From Patescibacteria group bacterium (GTDB lineage: Bacteria > Patescibacteriota > UBA1384 > XYA2-FULL-43-10 > 1-14-0-10-43-13): 64,000 bases of DNA. The stretch is taken from the NCBI GenBank assembly GCA_041649155.1, contig JBAZNP010000001.1, forward strand, positions 238,564 through 302,563. The letters are read 5' to 3'. The number at the start of each line of letters is the position of its first letter. Positions within the stretch are counted from its first letter, which is position 1. Of this stretch, positions 9,884 through 18,605 are shown piece by piece. The notes beneath the pieces were generated by a model. It did no database searches and was not told the DNA's origin. It was given only the letters and a program-made list of their open reading frames with translations. Made by a program: the position numbers and the translations under genes.

Positions 9884-10555
9884 ATGTTTGGAAAAATTCA
9901 AAAGTTCGATTTGTTAGTCTCAATATTTATTTTTTGCACCATTGTCTCAGAACTGATGGGAGCAAAAACTTTCCCGTTGGCAACCATTGGCTCTTTTCAT
10001 TTAAATGCCAGTGTAGCAATCTTTGTTATTCCGGTTCTTTTTGCTGTTGACGACATTATCACTGAAGTATTCGGCAAGGAAAGAGCTAGAAGTGTTATTC
10101 GCTCAAGTCTGGTTGTGATTGTTCTCCTTTCTCTCTTCTCTCTTTTGGCGACACATCTTGCGCCTTCAACCCGATTTGCACCATCCGAAAGTGCATACGA
10201 TCAGATTTTTCTGATTTCAATACGTATGTCTGTCGCAAGCCTAATTGCCTTTGGATTTGCAGAGCTTTTAGATGTTTATATTTTCTCGACAATAAGACAA
10301 AAACTCGGCAAAAAGAATCTTTGGCTCAGAACCAACGCTTCCAACTTCATAGCACAGTTCATGGACACTTCAATCTTCATATTTATCGCCTTTTATGCTT
10401 TAAATAAACCGTTTGGCGACAATTTTAGCTTTTTATTTGGTCTAATATTGCCCTACTGGCTCTTAAAATGTTTCATGTCCATAATCGAAACACCGTTTGT
10501 TTATTTGGGTGTCGGCTGGCTGAAAAAAGAACGGTTGTCAGTTGTAAGTGAATAA
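9884..10555 (+). CDS. Queuosine precursor transporter (YhhQ/Vut_1 family)
   Basis: DIITEVFGKERAR, ASLIAF...LLDVYIF, LWLRTNASNFIAQFMDT motifs. Confidence 0.85.
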   Translation: MFGKIQKFDLLVSIFIFCTIVSELMGAKTFPLATIGSFHLNASVAIFVIPVLFAVDDIITEVFGKERARSVIRSSLVVIVLLSLFSLLATHLAPSTRFAPSESAYDQIFLISIRMSVASLIAFGFAELLDVYIFSTIRQKLGKKNLWLRTNASNFIAQFMDTSIFIFIAFYALNKPFGDNFSFLFGLILPYWLLKCFMSIIETPFVYLGVGWLKKERLSVVSE

Positions 10556-10571
10556 GTTGTAAGTTTAAATT

Positions 10572-11321
10572 GTGAAAATAACCTCCATAAAAACAAATAA
10601 GATAGTTCCCGCACAATCGGATATTTTTTCTGTGCTTGATAAATATTTGCCGGATCTGGAAGATGGTTCCATTCTGGCAATTACTTCAAAAGTAGTTTCA
10701 ATTTGCGAAAGCAATGTTGTTAAAGTTGGAGAGGAAGGAAAAGAAGAACTCATCAAAAATGAAGCCGATTTTTATCTGCCTCCGACTAGTAATAAGTATA
10801 AATATTCCTTAACGATTAAAAATAATATTTTGCTGCCGGCCAGCGGAGTCGACGAATCAAATGGCAACGGTTATCACATTCTCTGGCCCAAAGATCCGCA
10901 AAAGAGTGCAAATAAGATAAGGGAATATTTGATAAAGAGGTTTGGATTAAAAAAAGTCGGAGTAATAATCACCGATAGCAAAACCATGCCTCTTCGTTGG
11001 GGTACAACCGGAGTCTGCATCGCGCACAGCGGCTTTAAAGCGCTCAATGACTACATCGGCAAACCGGATATTTTCGGGGCTAAAATGCAGGTGACTAAAG
11101 CTAATATTATAGATGCCTTGGCTGTGTCGGCAGTTTTAATAATGGGTGAAGGATCCGAACAGACACCAATGGCTGTAATCTCAAATATTCCCTTTGTTAA
11201 GTTTAAAAAAAACAATCCAACAAAAAAAGAGCTCGATGAGCTCAAAATTGATATTGAAGACGATCTTTATGCGCCCATACTAAAGAGCGTTAAATGGCAA
11301 AAAAGAAGAGCCCGCCGTTAG
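10572..11321 (+). CDS. CofE-like gamma-glutamyl ligase (F420-0:glutamate ligase family)
   Basis: ITSKVVSICE, SGVDESN, VIITDS...PLRWG, DYIGKPDIFG, MGEGSEQTP. Confidence 0.85.
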   Translation: MKITSIKTNKIVPAQSDIFSVLDKYLPDLEDGSILAITSKVVSICESNVVKVGEEGKEELIKNEADFYLPPTSNKYKYSLTIKNNILLPASGVDESNGNGYHILWPKDPQKSANKIREYLIKRFGLKKVGVIITDSKTMPLRWGTTGVCIAHSGFKALNDYIGKPDIFGAKMQVTKANIIDALAVSAVLIMGEGSEQTPMAVISNIPFVKFKKNNPTKKELDELKIDIEDDLYAPILKSVKWQKRRARR

Positions 11322-11339
11322 GCGAGCCCAATATGTGCT

Positions 11340-11936
11340 CTAAGCGAGCTGATTTGCGGCAATGTATTTCGCAACCTTCTGTTGCATTTCCGGTTCGACC
11401 TTGCCTGCAGATACAAGAACTTCCAACACCTCAGAAAGTTTTCCGAGCGAATGAAGCTTGTATCCAGCTTTGGCAAGAATCTTGTCGCCGCCTTGTTCAC
11501 GGTCAAGGATAACTAAAACATCTTCCACTACCAGGCCTGCTTCCTTGAGTGGAGCAATGGCTTCGATCTTGCTGGCGCCGTCAGTGATAATGTCATCGAT
11601 CACCAAGACTCTATCACCCTCCTCGTACTCGCCTTCGATCAGCTTCTTGGTACCATATTCCTTGACTTCCTTGCGTGAGTAAATCATTGGAATATTTCCT
11701 TCGAGAGAAGCAGATACTCCAAGTGGAATGCCAGCATAAGGAATTCCAGCGATCAGATCGCATCCGATTTCTTTTGCCTTATTAGACAATGCACAACCGA
11801 TTTCCGAAAGAAGCTCCGGTTTGGAAACCAATCCGCGAAAGTCGCAATAAACTGGAGACGTACTCCCATTTTTAAGAATGAACTCTCCAAATTTAATGCA
11901 TCCAGCGTCAAAGATATTTCCATACAATTCTTTCAT
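11340..11936 (-). CDS. pyrE: Orotate phosphoribosyltransferase
   Basis: FGEFILKNGSTSPVYCDFR, RKEVKEYGT, VIDDIITDGASK. Confidence 0.92.
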   Translation of the reverse strand: MKELYGNIFDAGCIKFGEFILKNGSTSPVYCDFRGLVSKPELLSEIGCALSNKAKEIGCDLIAGIPYAGIPLGVSASLEGNIPMIYSRKEVKEYGTKKLIEGEYEEGDRVLVIDDIITDGASKIEAIAPLKEAGLVVEDVLVILDREQGGDKILAKAGYKLHSLGKLSEVLEVLVSAGKVEPEMQQKVAKYIAANQLA

Positions 11937-11980
11937 AGTTTCACCTCCTTTCTCTCACGTGAGTGATGAAACTTGAGGAC

Positions 11981-12916
11981 TCATCCCCTGTGAATGTAGA
12001 CAGGATATCCGATCTTTGTCTCCAAGGCCTGGTTTAGATCCCTGTTTGCGTCATCGATAGCTGCTGCAACCAAGGTAAGCGGGTCACCCTCTCGAGGTTT
12101 CCCAGATTTACGGTCAAACCAGCTATCAAGTGTGATGCCTCGCGAGCTGTTGACAGTACCCATCAGCTCCTTGCGAGTGTTGACAAGACCTTCTACTGCT
12201 CCAGCAGCTCCTCCACCTTGCGCTCCATATCCTGGAATCAGGAGGAAAACTTCATCCCCAGCATGCTGGCGACAGCTTGTTGCCTGCTCGGGCCAAGTCG
12301 CACCCACTACTCCGCCGACTCGGCCGAGATTGTTTGTAGCAGCCATGACCTGCTCGTTCCACGCTTTGACTCCCTCGGCCAAAAACTCGTAAACAAGTAA
12401 TCCCGAATCGAGCTTCTGGTCTTGGAGCCATGCTGCTTCGGGATTACTTGTGCGAATCATGGAAATAACCATGCAACCGCTTGCCAAGTCGTTCATCCAA
12501 GACAATGTGCCCTTGTTCGCCATGAATGTCGGACCAAGATAAGGAATAAAGGTACATGCATCTACGCCATATCTTCCGAATACCTCATCTGCATACTGAG
12601 CCATTGTCTCGCCTATATCTCCGCGCTTAGCATCGAGAATAACTAAGAGCCCCTTGCTCTTAGCGTAGGCTATAATGCGGATCATCATTTGGATGCCGCT
12701 TGGACCAAAAGCTCCATAATAGGCATACTGCGGTTTGACTACTGCAACTTTCTCAGCTGCAAGATCAATAACTGCCTCAAGGTATCTTTCCAATGCTGGA
12801 AGACCCTTATGCCCAAATGTTTTAGGCACATGCTGGAAGGTTGGATCCAATCCAACACAGAGAACAGACTTCTTGACCAATACTGCTTTTAAATAACGAG
12901 TTACAAAGCTCTGCAC
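11981..12916 (-). CDS. pyrF: Orotidine-5'-phosphate decarboxylase
   Basis: LCVGLDP, ILDAKRGDIGET, GVVGAT, LIPGYGAQGG, VNSSRGI. Confidence 0.93.
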   Translation of the reverse strand: MQSFVTRYLKAVLVKKSVLCVGLDPTFQHVPKTFGHKGLPALERYLEAVIDLAAEKVAVVKPQYAYYGAFGPSGIQMMIRIIAYAKSKGLLVILDAKRGDIGETMAQYADEVFGRYGVDACTFIPYLGPTFMANKGTLSWMNDLASGCMVISMIRTSNPEAAWLQDQKLDSGLLVYEFLAEGVKAWNEQVMAATNNLGRVGGVVGATWPEQATSCRQHAGDEVFLLIPGYGAQGGGAAGAVEGLVNTRKELMGTVNSSRGITLDSWFDRKSGKPREGDPLTLVAAAIDDANRDLNQALETKIGYPVYIHRG

Positions 12917-13070
12917 TAATGGAAACCTCCTCCAAAAAGATAGGAGGCATTTCAGCCTCCTTCCGATATTTTATACAATAAAAACACTTAAAAGGCAAAC
13001 AAAAATTCGCAACCAGTGCAAAAAATTTGTTAACATATATTTGAGCAATTATATTTAACAAAGGAGAAAT

Positions 13071-13478
13071 ATGGGAGAATTAATGACCGAAATGTCACAA
13101 GAAGAAACCAAAGAAACAAAGGAGCGAACTGACTTTGCCAAAATTGCAGAGATAAATAAAAATGCTGCTTTAGAAATTGAAGGTCTCAGATTGTCGCAGA
13201 AAGAAAACTACTCAACTCAAAGTTTAGAGGAGTTATTAAACTGGCTAGAACAACCAATAGAAAATGAAGAACTTTTGGAAATTATTGAAAAATCTTTAAA
13301 GGCAGCTCATATTATGGCTGATGATGAGAAAACGAACATCCAGACAGAAATTAATACAGTTAAAGACGATTTAAGCAATATGATTCATGATCGTAATTTC
13401 ATCACACAATTTCATACAAAAACAGAGGGTTTATTTGAATTCTGTAAAGCCCTCTCTTATTTCTCTTTAATGAAATAA
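13071..13478 (+). CDS. Hypothetical acidic helical protein
   Basis: AAGGAG Shine-Dalgarno; 135-aa ORF. Confidence 0.6.
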   Translation: MGELMTEMSQEETKETKERTDFAKIAEINKNAALEIEGLRLSQKENYSTQSLEELLNWLEQPIENEELLEIIEKSLKAAHIMADDEKTNIQTEINTVKDDLSNMIHDRNFITQFHTKTEGLFEFCKALSYFSLMK

Positions 13479-13517
13479 CTGTATCTTAAAATATTGTAGA
13501 TTGTTTTAATTGGAATA

Positions 13518-13550
13518 AAAAAACAGGGCCTGCCATCATGGCAAGTCCTG
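13518..13550 (-). terminator. Intrinsic terminator candidate between convergent genes
   Basis: CAGGGCCTGCCA-tca-TGGCAAGTCCTG stem next to an A-run. Confidence 0.55.
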
Positions 13551-13568
13551 CTGTAAGCATTCCCTCAC

Positions 13569-14999
13569 TTAGTCTGCAAGATGGTAAAGCCGCATTCCTG
13601 TCGGCTCTGGTACACTGTCTTCCGGAGTCCTTGGGAAATAATATAATTTTCCTTCTTTATTCCTTCTGCTTCCCCATTCGAAATCCGGTTTCTTTTTCAC
13701 TTCTCCGTTAACCCGGATATGTATACCGTCTATATTTGCATCCGGATCCCAATTTTCGTAATCGTCTCCTTTCCGCAATTCAACCGCTCGCCCAGTTCGA
13801 AAGGAAATTGGGGTGAGTAAGATATTACTTTTGATCCCCAATTTCTTCTCCATTAGACCACTAAACAATATGGCCATCATTTCCACAATCCGGCGGTCTT
13901 CATCATCTCCTTTATCGTAATACAGATTTACAAGCGGATTAAGAGAAGCTGCCTCACTAATCATTCTCTCGATCTCAGAAACATAAAGGCGGGAATCTTT
14001 CCTAAAATGCCGCTCTCCCGTTGAAACCGAAATTCGGTGTCGTTTACTATCAACCAGATGATTTTCGGCACAAATTTCGACGACTTTCTTCATCGCCCGA
14101 CAAGCGATTTTATCTTCAGAAAACCATCCTGCTGTTGTCACTGTAACTGGCCGAATGCACGTGGACATCAAACGAAAAACATCACCATAGTCTGCCGGAG
14201 TTCCATCCTGATGTAGAAAACGAAAATCACGATATTCAAGCGGATCATTATCCTCATAGTTGGAGACACAATTGATAATTGACCCTAAGTTAATTGGGAC
14301 GAAATGAAGATAGCGCCCCCTTAAGGCGTTCAGAGGCAAAGACTCCTCAAACGGGACTCTCAGTTTTAAAACCTTGCGGGGGAATTTCTCCCACTCGGCT
14401 AAAAGAAGATTAAAAAAGCCTATCAGCTCATTTTTACGGGCTGTGTTGACAAATTTCCGCACTCGAAATTTCTTAAAATCAACAATTTTCGCTTTCCTAA
14501 GATGTTCTTCCCAATCCTTCCACTCTTGGCAACCAAGTTTTTCGTACTTCCACTTCTTTTCCGCAATTTTCGCAATAGCCGCGAAAGGCGTCATCTCCAG
14601 TCGACAAGCAGCGTCTCTGTAGCACTGTTTACACTGGTGAGTACAACCTTTATGGGACTGAACGCAACTCAATCCCCAACCGAATACTTCCACCTCCTGC
14701 TCTGGAGTAAGATCAAAATCAGCGAAGAGTTCAAGTCTTGGATTCTCAACCGTAGGGAGAATGTCGACATACTTCGCTGGTATACTACCAGCGGCAAGAA
14801 AAGACTGTGCTTCTTTTTTTAACTCCATGCCTAATTCCGATAGCGGATACCGTTGGTGCAAGAACGCTCTTGCAATTAGATAAGCGATCTCCTCAGTGCT
14901 TTTTTTAGTAGTTCTCAATATTGCCACCACCTTTCCACATAGAATGTGCTCCTCTCTTGAGGCCGCGCCAACTATACCACGAAAAGAGTATTTTTTCAA
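13569..14999 (-). CDS. Divergent radical SAM-like protein
   Basis: GCTHQCKQCY (CxxxCxxC) motif; remainder not recognised. Confidence 0.55.
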   Translation of the reverse strand: MKKYSFRGIVGAASREEHILCGKVVAILRTTKKSTEEIAYLIARAFLHQRYPLSELGMELKKEAQSFLAAGSIPAKYVDILPTVENPRLELFADFDLTPEQEVEVFGWGLSCVQSHKGCTHQCKQCYRDAACRLEMTPFAAIAKIAEKKWKYEKLGCQEWKDWEEHLRKAKIVDFKKFRVRKFVNTARKNELIGFFNLLLAEWEKFPRKVLKLRVPFEESLPLNALRGRYLHFVPINLGSIINCVSNYEDNDPLEYRDFRFLHQDGTPADYGDVFRLMSTCIRPVTVTTAGWFSEDKIACRAMKKVVEICAENHLVDSKRHRISVSTGERHFRKDSRLYVSEIERMISEAASLNPLVNLYYDKGDDEDRRIVEMMAILFSGLMEKKLGIKSNILLTPISFRTGRAVELRKGDDYENWDPDANIDGIHIRVNGEVKKKPDFEWGSRRNKEGKLYYFPRTPEDSVPEPTGMRLYHLAD

Positions 15000-15014
15000 G
15001 CCAAAAACAGTTCA

Positions 15015-15043
15015 TTCACAAACTGGCTCAAGTCTGCTAGAAT
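15015..15043 (+). promoter_or_regulatory. Probable native ychF sigma70 promoter
   Basis: TTCACA(15015)-17 bp-TAGAAT(15038) with extended TG; the ATG of the original ychF start lies 9 nt downstream. Confidence 0.6.
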
Positions 15044-15052
15044 AAGCTCATT

Positions 15053-15069
15053 ATGTCACTAAAGATCGG
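15053..15069 (+). pseudogene. ychF: Displaced original 5' end of ychF (MSLKIG), B arm of attL
   Basis: Joining at the shared TCGG to 26492 restores MSLKIGIVGLPNVGKSTLFNAL. Confidence 0.85.
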
Positions 15070-15207
15070 AACTCGCAGCTCGCTACTCCAACTTTACAAT
15101 TCAAGTTTATGTACGTACTCCCAGCACCCAGAAAAGAACGAATCATCGTTCAACGAGACCGTTTAGGCAGAATTGTTCACTCAAAGCCACCAAAAATGAG
15201 AGTTTGA
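15070..15207 (+). other. Detached 3' segment of the integrase gene (45 codons plus TGA), P' arm of attL
   Basis: In frame with integrase codon CGG(26489-26491) after circularisation: NSQLATPTLQFKFMYVLPAPRKERIIVQRDRLGRIVHSKPPKMRV*. Confidence 0.75.
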
Positions 15208-15219
15208 ATACAAATAGTA

Positions 15220-16185
15220 CTATTGCAATTGATTTTTGCTTAGAAAATCTCGAACTAAATAAGATATAATTTTATTGCCTTGGTAAAAGCCAAGCATTTT
15301 TTGTAAGCTATCAGCTTCTTTTGAGTAGCCGTATTTATAAGACCATTTTACTCTATCGAGATTTATTTTTTCAGCTTCGATAAGATTGATTTGCTTTCGT
15401 TTTATCTTTTTGCCTGGCAAGTTAGGGTCAATCATTTCTATTACTATTTTAGGAGTCATCACAAAAACGTGTTTCCTTTCAAGAAAAGTCGGTCCATATG
15501 GTCCTTTTCTTTCTGGGAAAATCTCAATGACTGGCGTATCGGAGGTGATAAATCGTTCATCAAGCGAAATATAGATTCGCCATTTCTTGCCTAAAACAAG
15601 ATTCACAAACCCTTTCATATCCGTCATTAAATTGAGGTGAGAGGTGTTATCAATTTTTAATTCATAATCACCTGATTGAAAAAGTTCTTTGGCTTGCTTA
15701 ACTAATTCATCATTTTCAGCTTCGCCTCGTTGTTTCATTATTTTGTGTACAGATTCATCAAAACCTGGAAAATGAGCATATTTCTTGAATATCTGCTTCC
15801 TCATATCTTCGTTCATTTTGTTTATATTTTCTCGCATCATTGGATTTCGCATCCAAAGAGCAGCCATAAACCAAGCCAATCTATATTGGTCCTCTTCGCT
15901 TATTGGCTTGTAATTAAGAATATCCTCCGCAATCCTGTCGTAATCAGGAGCAATTATGTCCTCTGTTTGCTTGAGAAACGTCTCGATTTCTTGACTTACT
16001 TCATCAGGAACGCCTGTTTCTTGAGCATAATAAAAATCAGCGTAGCAAACGCCAGAATAGGGCTTAGATTTAACAATCTTCGCATTTTTTATATCTAAGA
16101 CCTGCAGCAGATTATCGCTTGCTGCAAAACGCTTAAAATAGAACTTGGGGGCAAAATGTTGCTTGGCAGTTATTTGTTCGGCCAT
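15220..16185 (-). CDS. DUF4238 domain protein
   Basis: N-terminal KQHFAPKFYFKRFA and FITSDTPV motifs. Confidence 0.8.
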   Translation of the reverse strand: MAEQITAKQHFAPKFYFKRFAASDNLLQVLDIKNAKIVKSKPYSGVCYADFYYAQETGVPDEVSQEIETFLKQTEDIIAPDYDRIAEDILNYKPISEEDQYRLAWFMAALWMRNPMMRENINKMNEDMRKQIFKKYAHFPGFDESVHKIMKQRGEAENDELVKQAKELFQSGDYELKIDNTSHLNLMTDMKGFVNLVLGKKWRIYISLDERFITSDTPVIEIFPERKGPYGPTFLERKHVFVMTPKIVIEMIDPNLPGKKIKRKQINLIEAEKINLDRVKWSYKYGYSKEADSLQKMLGFYQGNKIISYLVRDFLSKNQLQ

Positions 16186-17841
16186 CTAATCTAAGTCAAT
16201 TAACATATCATCCAAGGCGATGGTTGATGACATTTGAGATTCTTTTTTCCAAATCTCGCTTGTATCACTAAAATACTTTTCAATAACTTGCTTATTTTTC
16301 TCAAAGAACTTTTCGTTCTCTTCTTTATCAAACAGTTTTAGCTTTTCCATTTGATTCTTCAATTCAACTTTAGAAATCATCAGCGAGTGAGCTATGATAC
16401 CGCTTGATTCTTCAAGATTCTTATTATAATAATCTACTGTCCTCTCCCAAACGGAAACAATCTTTTTAACCTCACTTTTTCTTGCCTGAATTGTTTCTTC
16501 CTTGGCAACCAATACATCGAATATGGCAGGGTATTCCAAAGTTGAGGCCAGTAATTTTCCGCCAGATAAGTTCTTGGCCTGGGTCAGCCAAGGTTCGAAT
16601 GTAACTGCAGCATCCACCTTGTCAGAGATTAGGGCAGCGCCAATATCGCTCCCCTTCAAGTGGACCAGCTTTACATCCTCCGAGGAAAGGTTATTTTGTT
16701 TAAGCAAATATAACAAGAAAAAATGACTTACCCAGTTTTCCTCAACAGCAATTTTTTTACCTTTTAGGTCATTGAAATTAGAAATATCCTTATTTACGAT
16801 TAGCCCATCCCCACCCACAGATTGATTGAGAGCCATTATTATCTTCAGGTCTTTTATTTTCTCTTTGGCGAGTATTGCAGTATCCAGCGTTGAAACAAAT
16901 AAATCCACATTCCTTTCAATCAATGGCTCGACTCGGTTTTCTTGTTTCTCAAGGTCAATCAATTCAACATCGAGTTTATTTTTATCAAACAAACCAAGTT
17001 CTCTCGCAATGTAAAACGGACTATTCCCAGGCCAAGCGTGAAGACCAATTTTAAGCGAATTGGGGTTGATTTCTTTGTACGATAGCCCTGCAGATTTTAG
17101 TGCCTCACCTCTTACCAAATAGGTCAAATGCTTCTTTACTTCAAAGAACTCTTGAGAAAGCTTGATGCTCGATATTCTTGGACGAGGCAAACCAATTGGG
17201 ACCACCTCTTTGATAGTTCCAGGACGAGCGCTCATAACATAAACACTATCAGCCAAAAATATAGCTTCCTCAATATCGTGAGTTACAAACAAAACCGTTT
17301 TTTTACTCTCTTCCCAAATAGAGGAAATAAGTTCTTGCATCAAACTTTTTGTTTGTGTATCCAAGCTAGAAAATGGCTCATCCATTAACAAAACATCAGG
17401 GTTTCGAGCCAAAACTGTGGCAATAGCCACCCTCTGTCTCATTCCACCAGATAGTTCACTAATATAGGCATTTTCAACCCCCTTCAACCCTACGGCATTG
17501 ATAAAATACCTGGTTATCTCATTTTTCTTCTTCCTGTCCATCTTACTGTCTAGCCCAAAAGCAATGTTATCTCGAACACTTAGCCAGGGAAAAGCAACGT
17601 AATTTTGGAAAACAAAACCAATCTTTTCATTGGGAAACTCGATTTTTTTACTGCCATAAAAAACATCGCCTGAATCTGGTTTTATCATTCCAGCAATCGT
17701 TTTTAATAGTGTTGTCTTACCGCACCCAGAAGGACCAACAATTGCAATAAACTTCTTATCCTCCGCTGAGACAGAAATGTCTTTTAGCACTTGGTTCTTA
17801 TCAAATGCAACGAATAGATTTTTTATATTTAATATGCTCAT
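16186..17841 (-). CDS. NitT/TauT ABC ATPase fused to a C-terminal substrate-binding (NMT1/SsuA-like) domain
   Basis: GPSGCGKTT, LSGGMRQR, LLMDEPF, VTHDIEEA, then AWPGNSPFYIA...DAAVTFEPW. Confidence 0.88.
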   Translation of the reverse strand: MSILNIKNLFVAFDKNQVLKDISVSAEDKKFIAIVGPSGCGKTTLLKTIAGMIKPDSGDVFYGSKKIEFPNEKIGFVFQNYVAFPWLSVRDNIAFGLDSKMDRKKKNEITRYFINAVGLKGVENAYISELSGGMRQRVAIATVLARNPDVLLMDEPFSSLDTQTKSLMQELISSIWEESKKTVLFVTHDIEEAIFLADSVYVMSARPGTIKEVVPIGLPRPRISSIKLSQEFFEVKKHLTYLVRGEALKSAGLSYKEINPNSLKIGLHAWPGNSPFYIARELGLFDKNKLDVELIDLEKQENRVEPLIERNVDLFVSTLDTAILAKEKIKDLKIIMALNQSVGGDGLIVNKDISNFNDLKGKKIAVEENWVSHFFLLYLLKQNNLSSEDVKLVHLKGSDIGAALISDKVDAAVTFEPWLTQAKNLSGGKLLASTLEYPAIFDVLVAKEETIQARKSEVKKIVSVWERTVDYYNKNLEESSGIIAHSLMISKVELKNQMEKLKLFDKEENEKFFEKNKQVIEKYFSDTSEIWKKESQMSSTIALDDMLIDLD

Positions 17842-18605
17842 ATCACCGACTTTCTAAACCAAGGGAAAAGCAGTTTTCGTGACACCTTAAAAAGCTGGTC
17901 AAATGATATTCCGAGCAATCCAACAATGATAATTGCGAAAATAACATTTTCAGTTTTTAATAATCTTTGAGATTGGATAATTACGAAACCAATTCCTGAA
18001 GTTGAGCCAACGATTTCAGCGATTAGCAAACTAGACCACGCCCAGCCAAGAGAAACTCGCATATCATCAACAATTCGAGGCCAACTATAAGGCAAGACGA
18101 CCCTGCTAACAACATTTAATCTGTTTAGACCTAACGTTCTTCCAAATTGAATCATATCGCCAGGGACTTGAGAGACAGAATTGGCTATCATCAGAACAAG
18201 TTGAAAGAAAACACTAGCAGAAATTATCACGATTTTTTCAGTTTCACCAATACCCAGCCAGAGGATAAGAAGAGGAACAAACGCAGGAATAGGAGTATAT
18301 CGCACAAAATCGATAACAGGTTCGAGAAAAAGTTCTATGCTCTTATTCGAGCCAATCAATAGCCCTAGCGGTATGGCTAAAATTACCCCAGCAGTAAAAC
18401 CCAGAAATATCCTTGCCAAGCTATATAATATGTCATTAGAAAAATTATTATTAACAAACAAAAGATACCCAGCTTTAGCAACGCTGATTGGACTTGGTAG
18501 AAAGTAGGACTGCACTAATCCGTTTCTGGTAACTAGATACCAAATTAAAATAATTGCTATGAAGGGCAACAATATAATAATTATATTTTTTCTTCTGTTT
18601 GTCAC
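17838..18605 (-). CDS. NitT/TauT ABC permease
   Basis: FLPSPISV, RYTPIPAFVPLLILWLGIGE, AEIVGSTSGIG. Confidence 0.9.
   Translation of the reverse strand: MTNRRKNIIIILLPFIAIILIWYLVTRNGLVQSYFLPSPISVAKAGYLLFVNNNFSNDILYSLARIFLGFTAGVILAIPLGLLIGSNKSIELFLEPVIDFVRYTPIPAFVPLLILWLGIGETEKIVIISASVFFQLVLMIANSVSQVPGDMIQFGRTLGLNRLNVVSRVVLPYSWPRIVDDMRVSLGWAWSSLLIAEIVGSTSGIGFVIIQSQRLLKTENVIFAIIIVGLLGISFDQLFKVSRKLLFPWFRKSVI

Noticed and set aside
10572-11321. Coenzyme F420 biosynthesis
   Set aside because: No cofC, cofD or cofGH/fbiC genes are nearby, and the CofE fold has other roles.
11340-15052. Extending the mobile element to include pyrEF and the radical SAM-like ORF
   Set aside because: The attL junction is precisely defined at 15066-15069, so these genes lie outside it.
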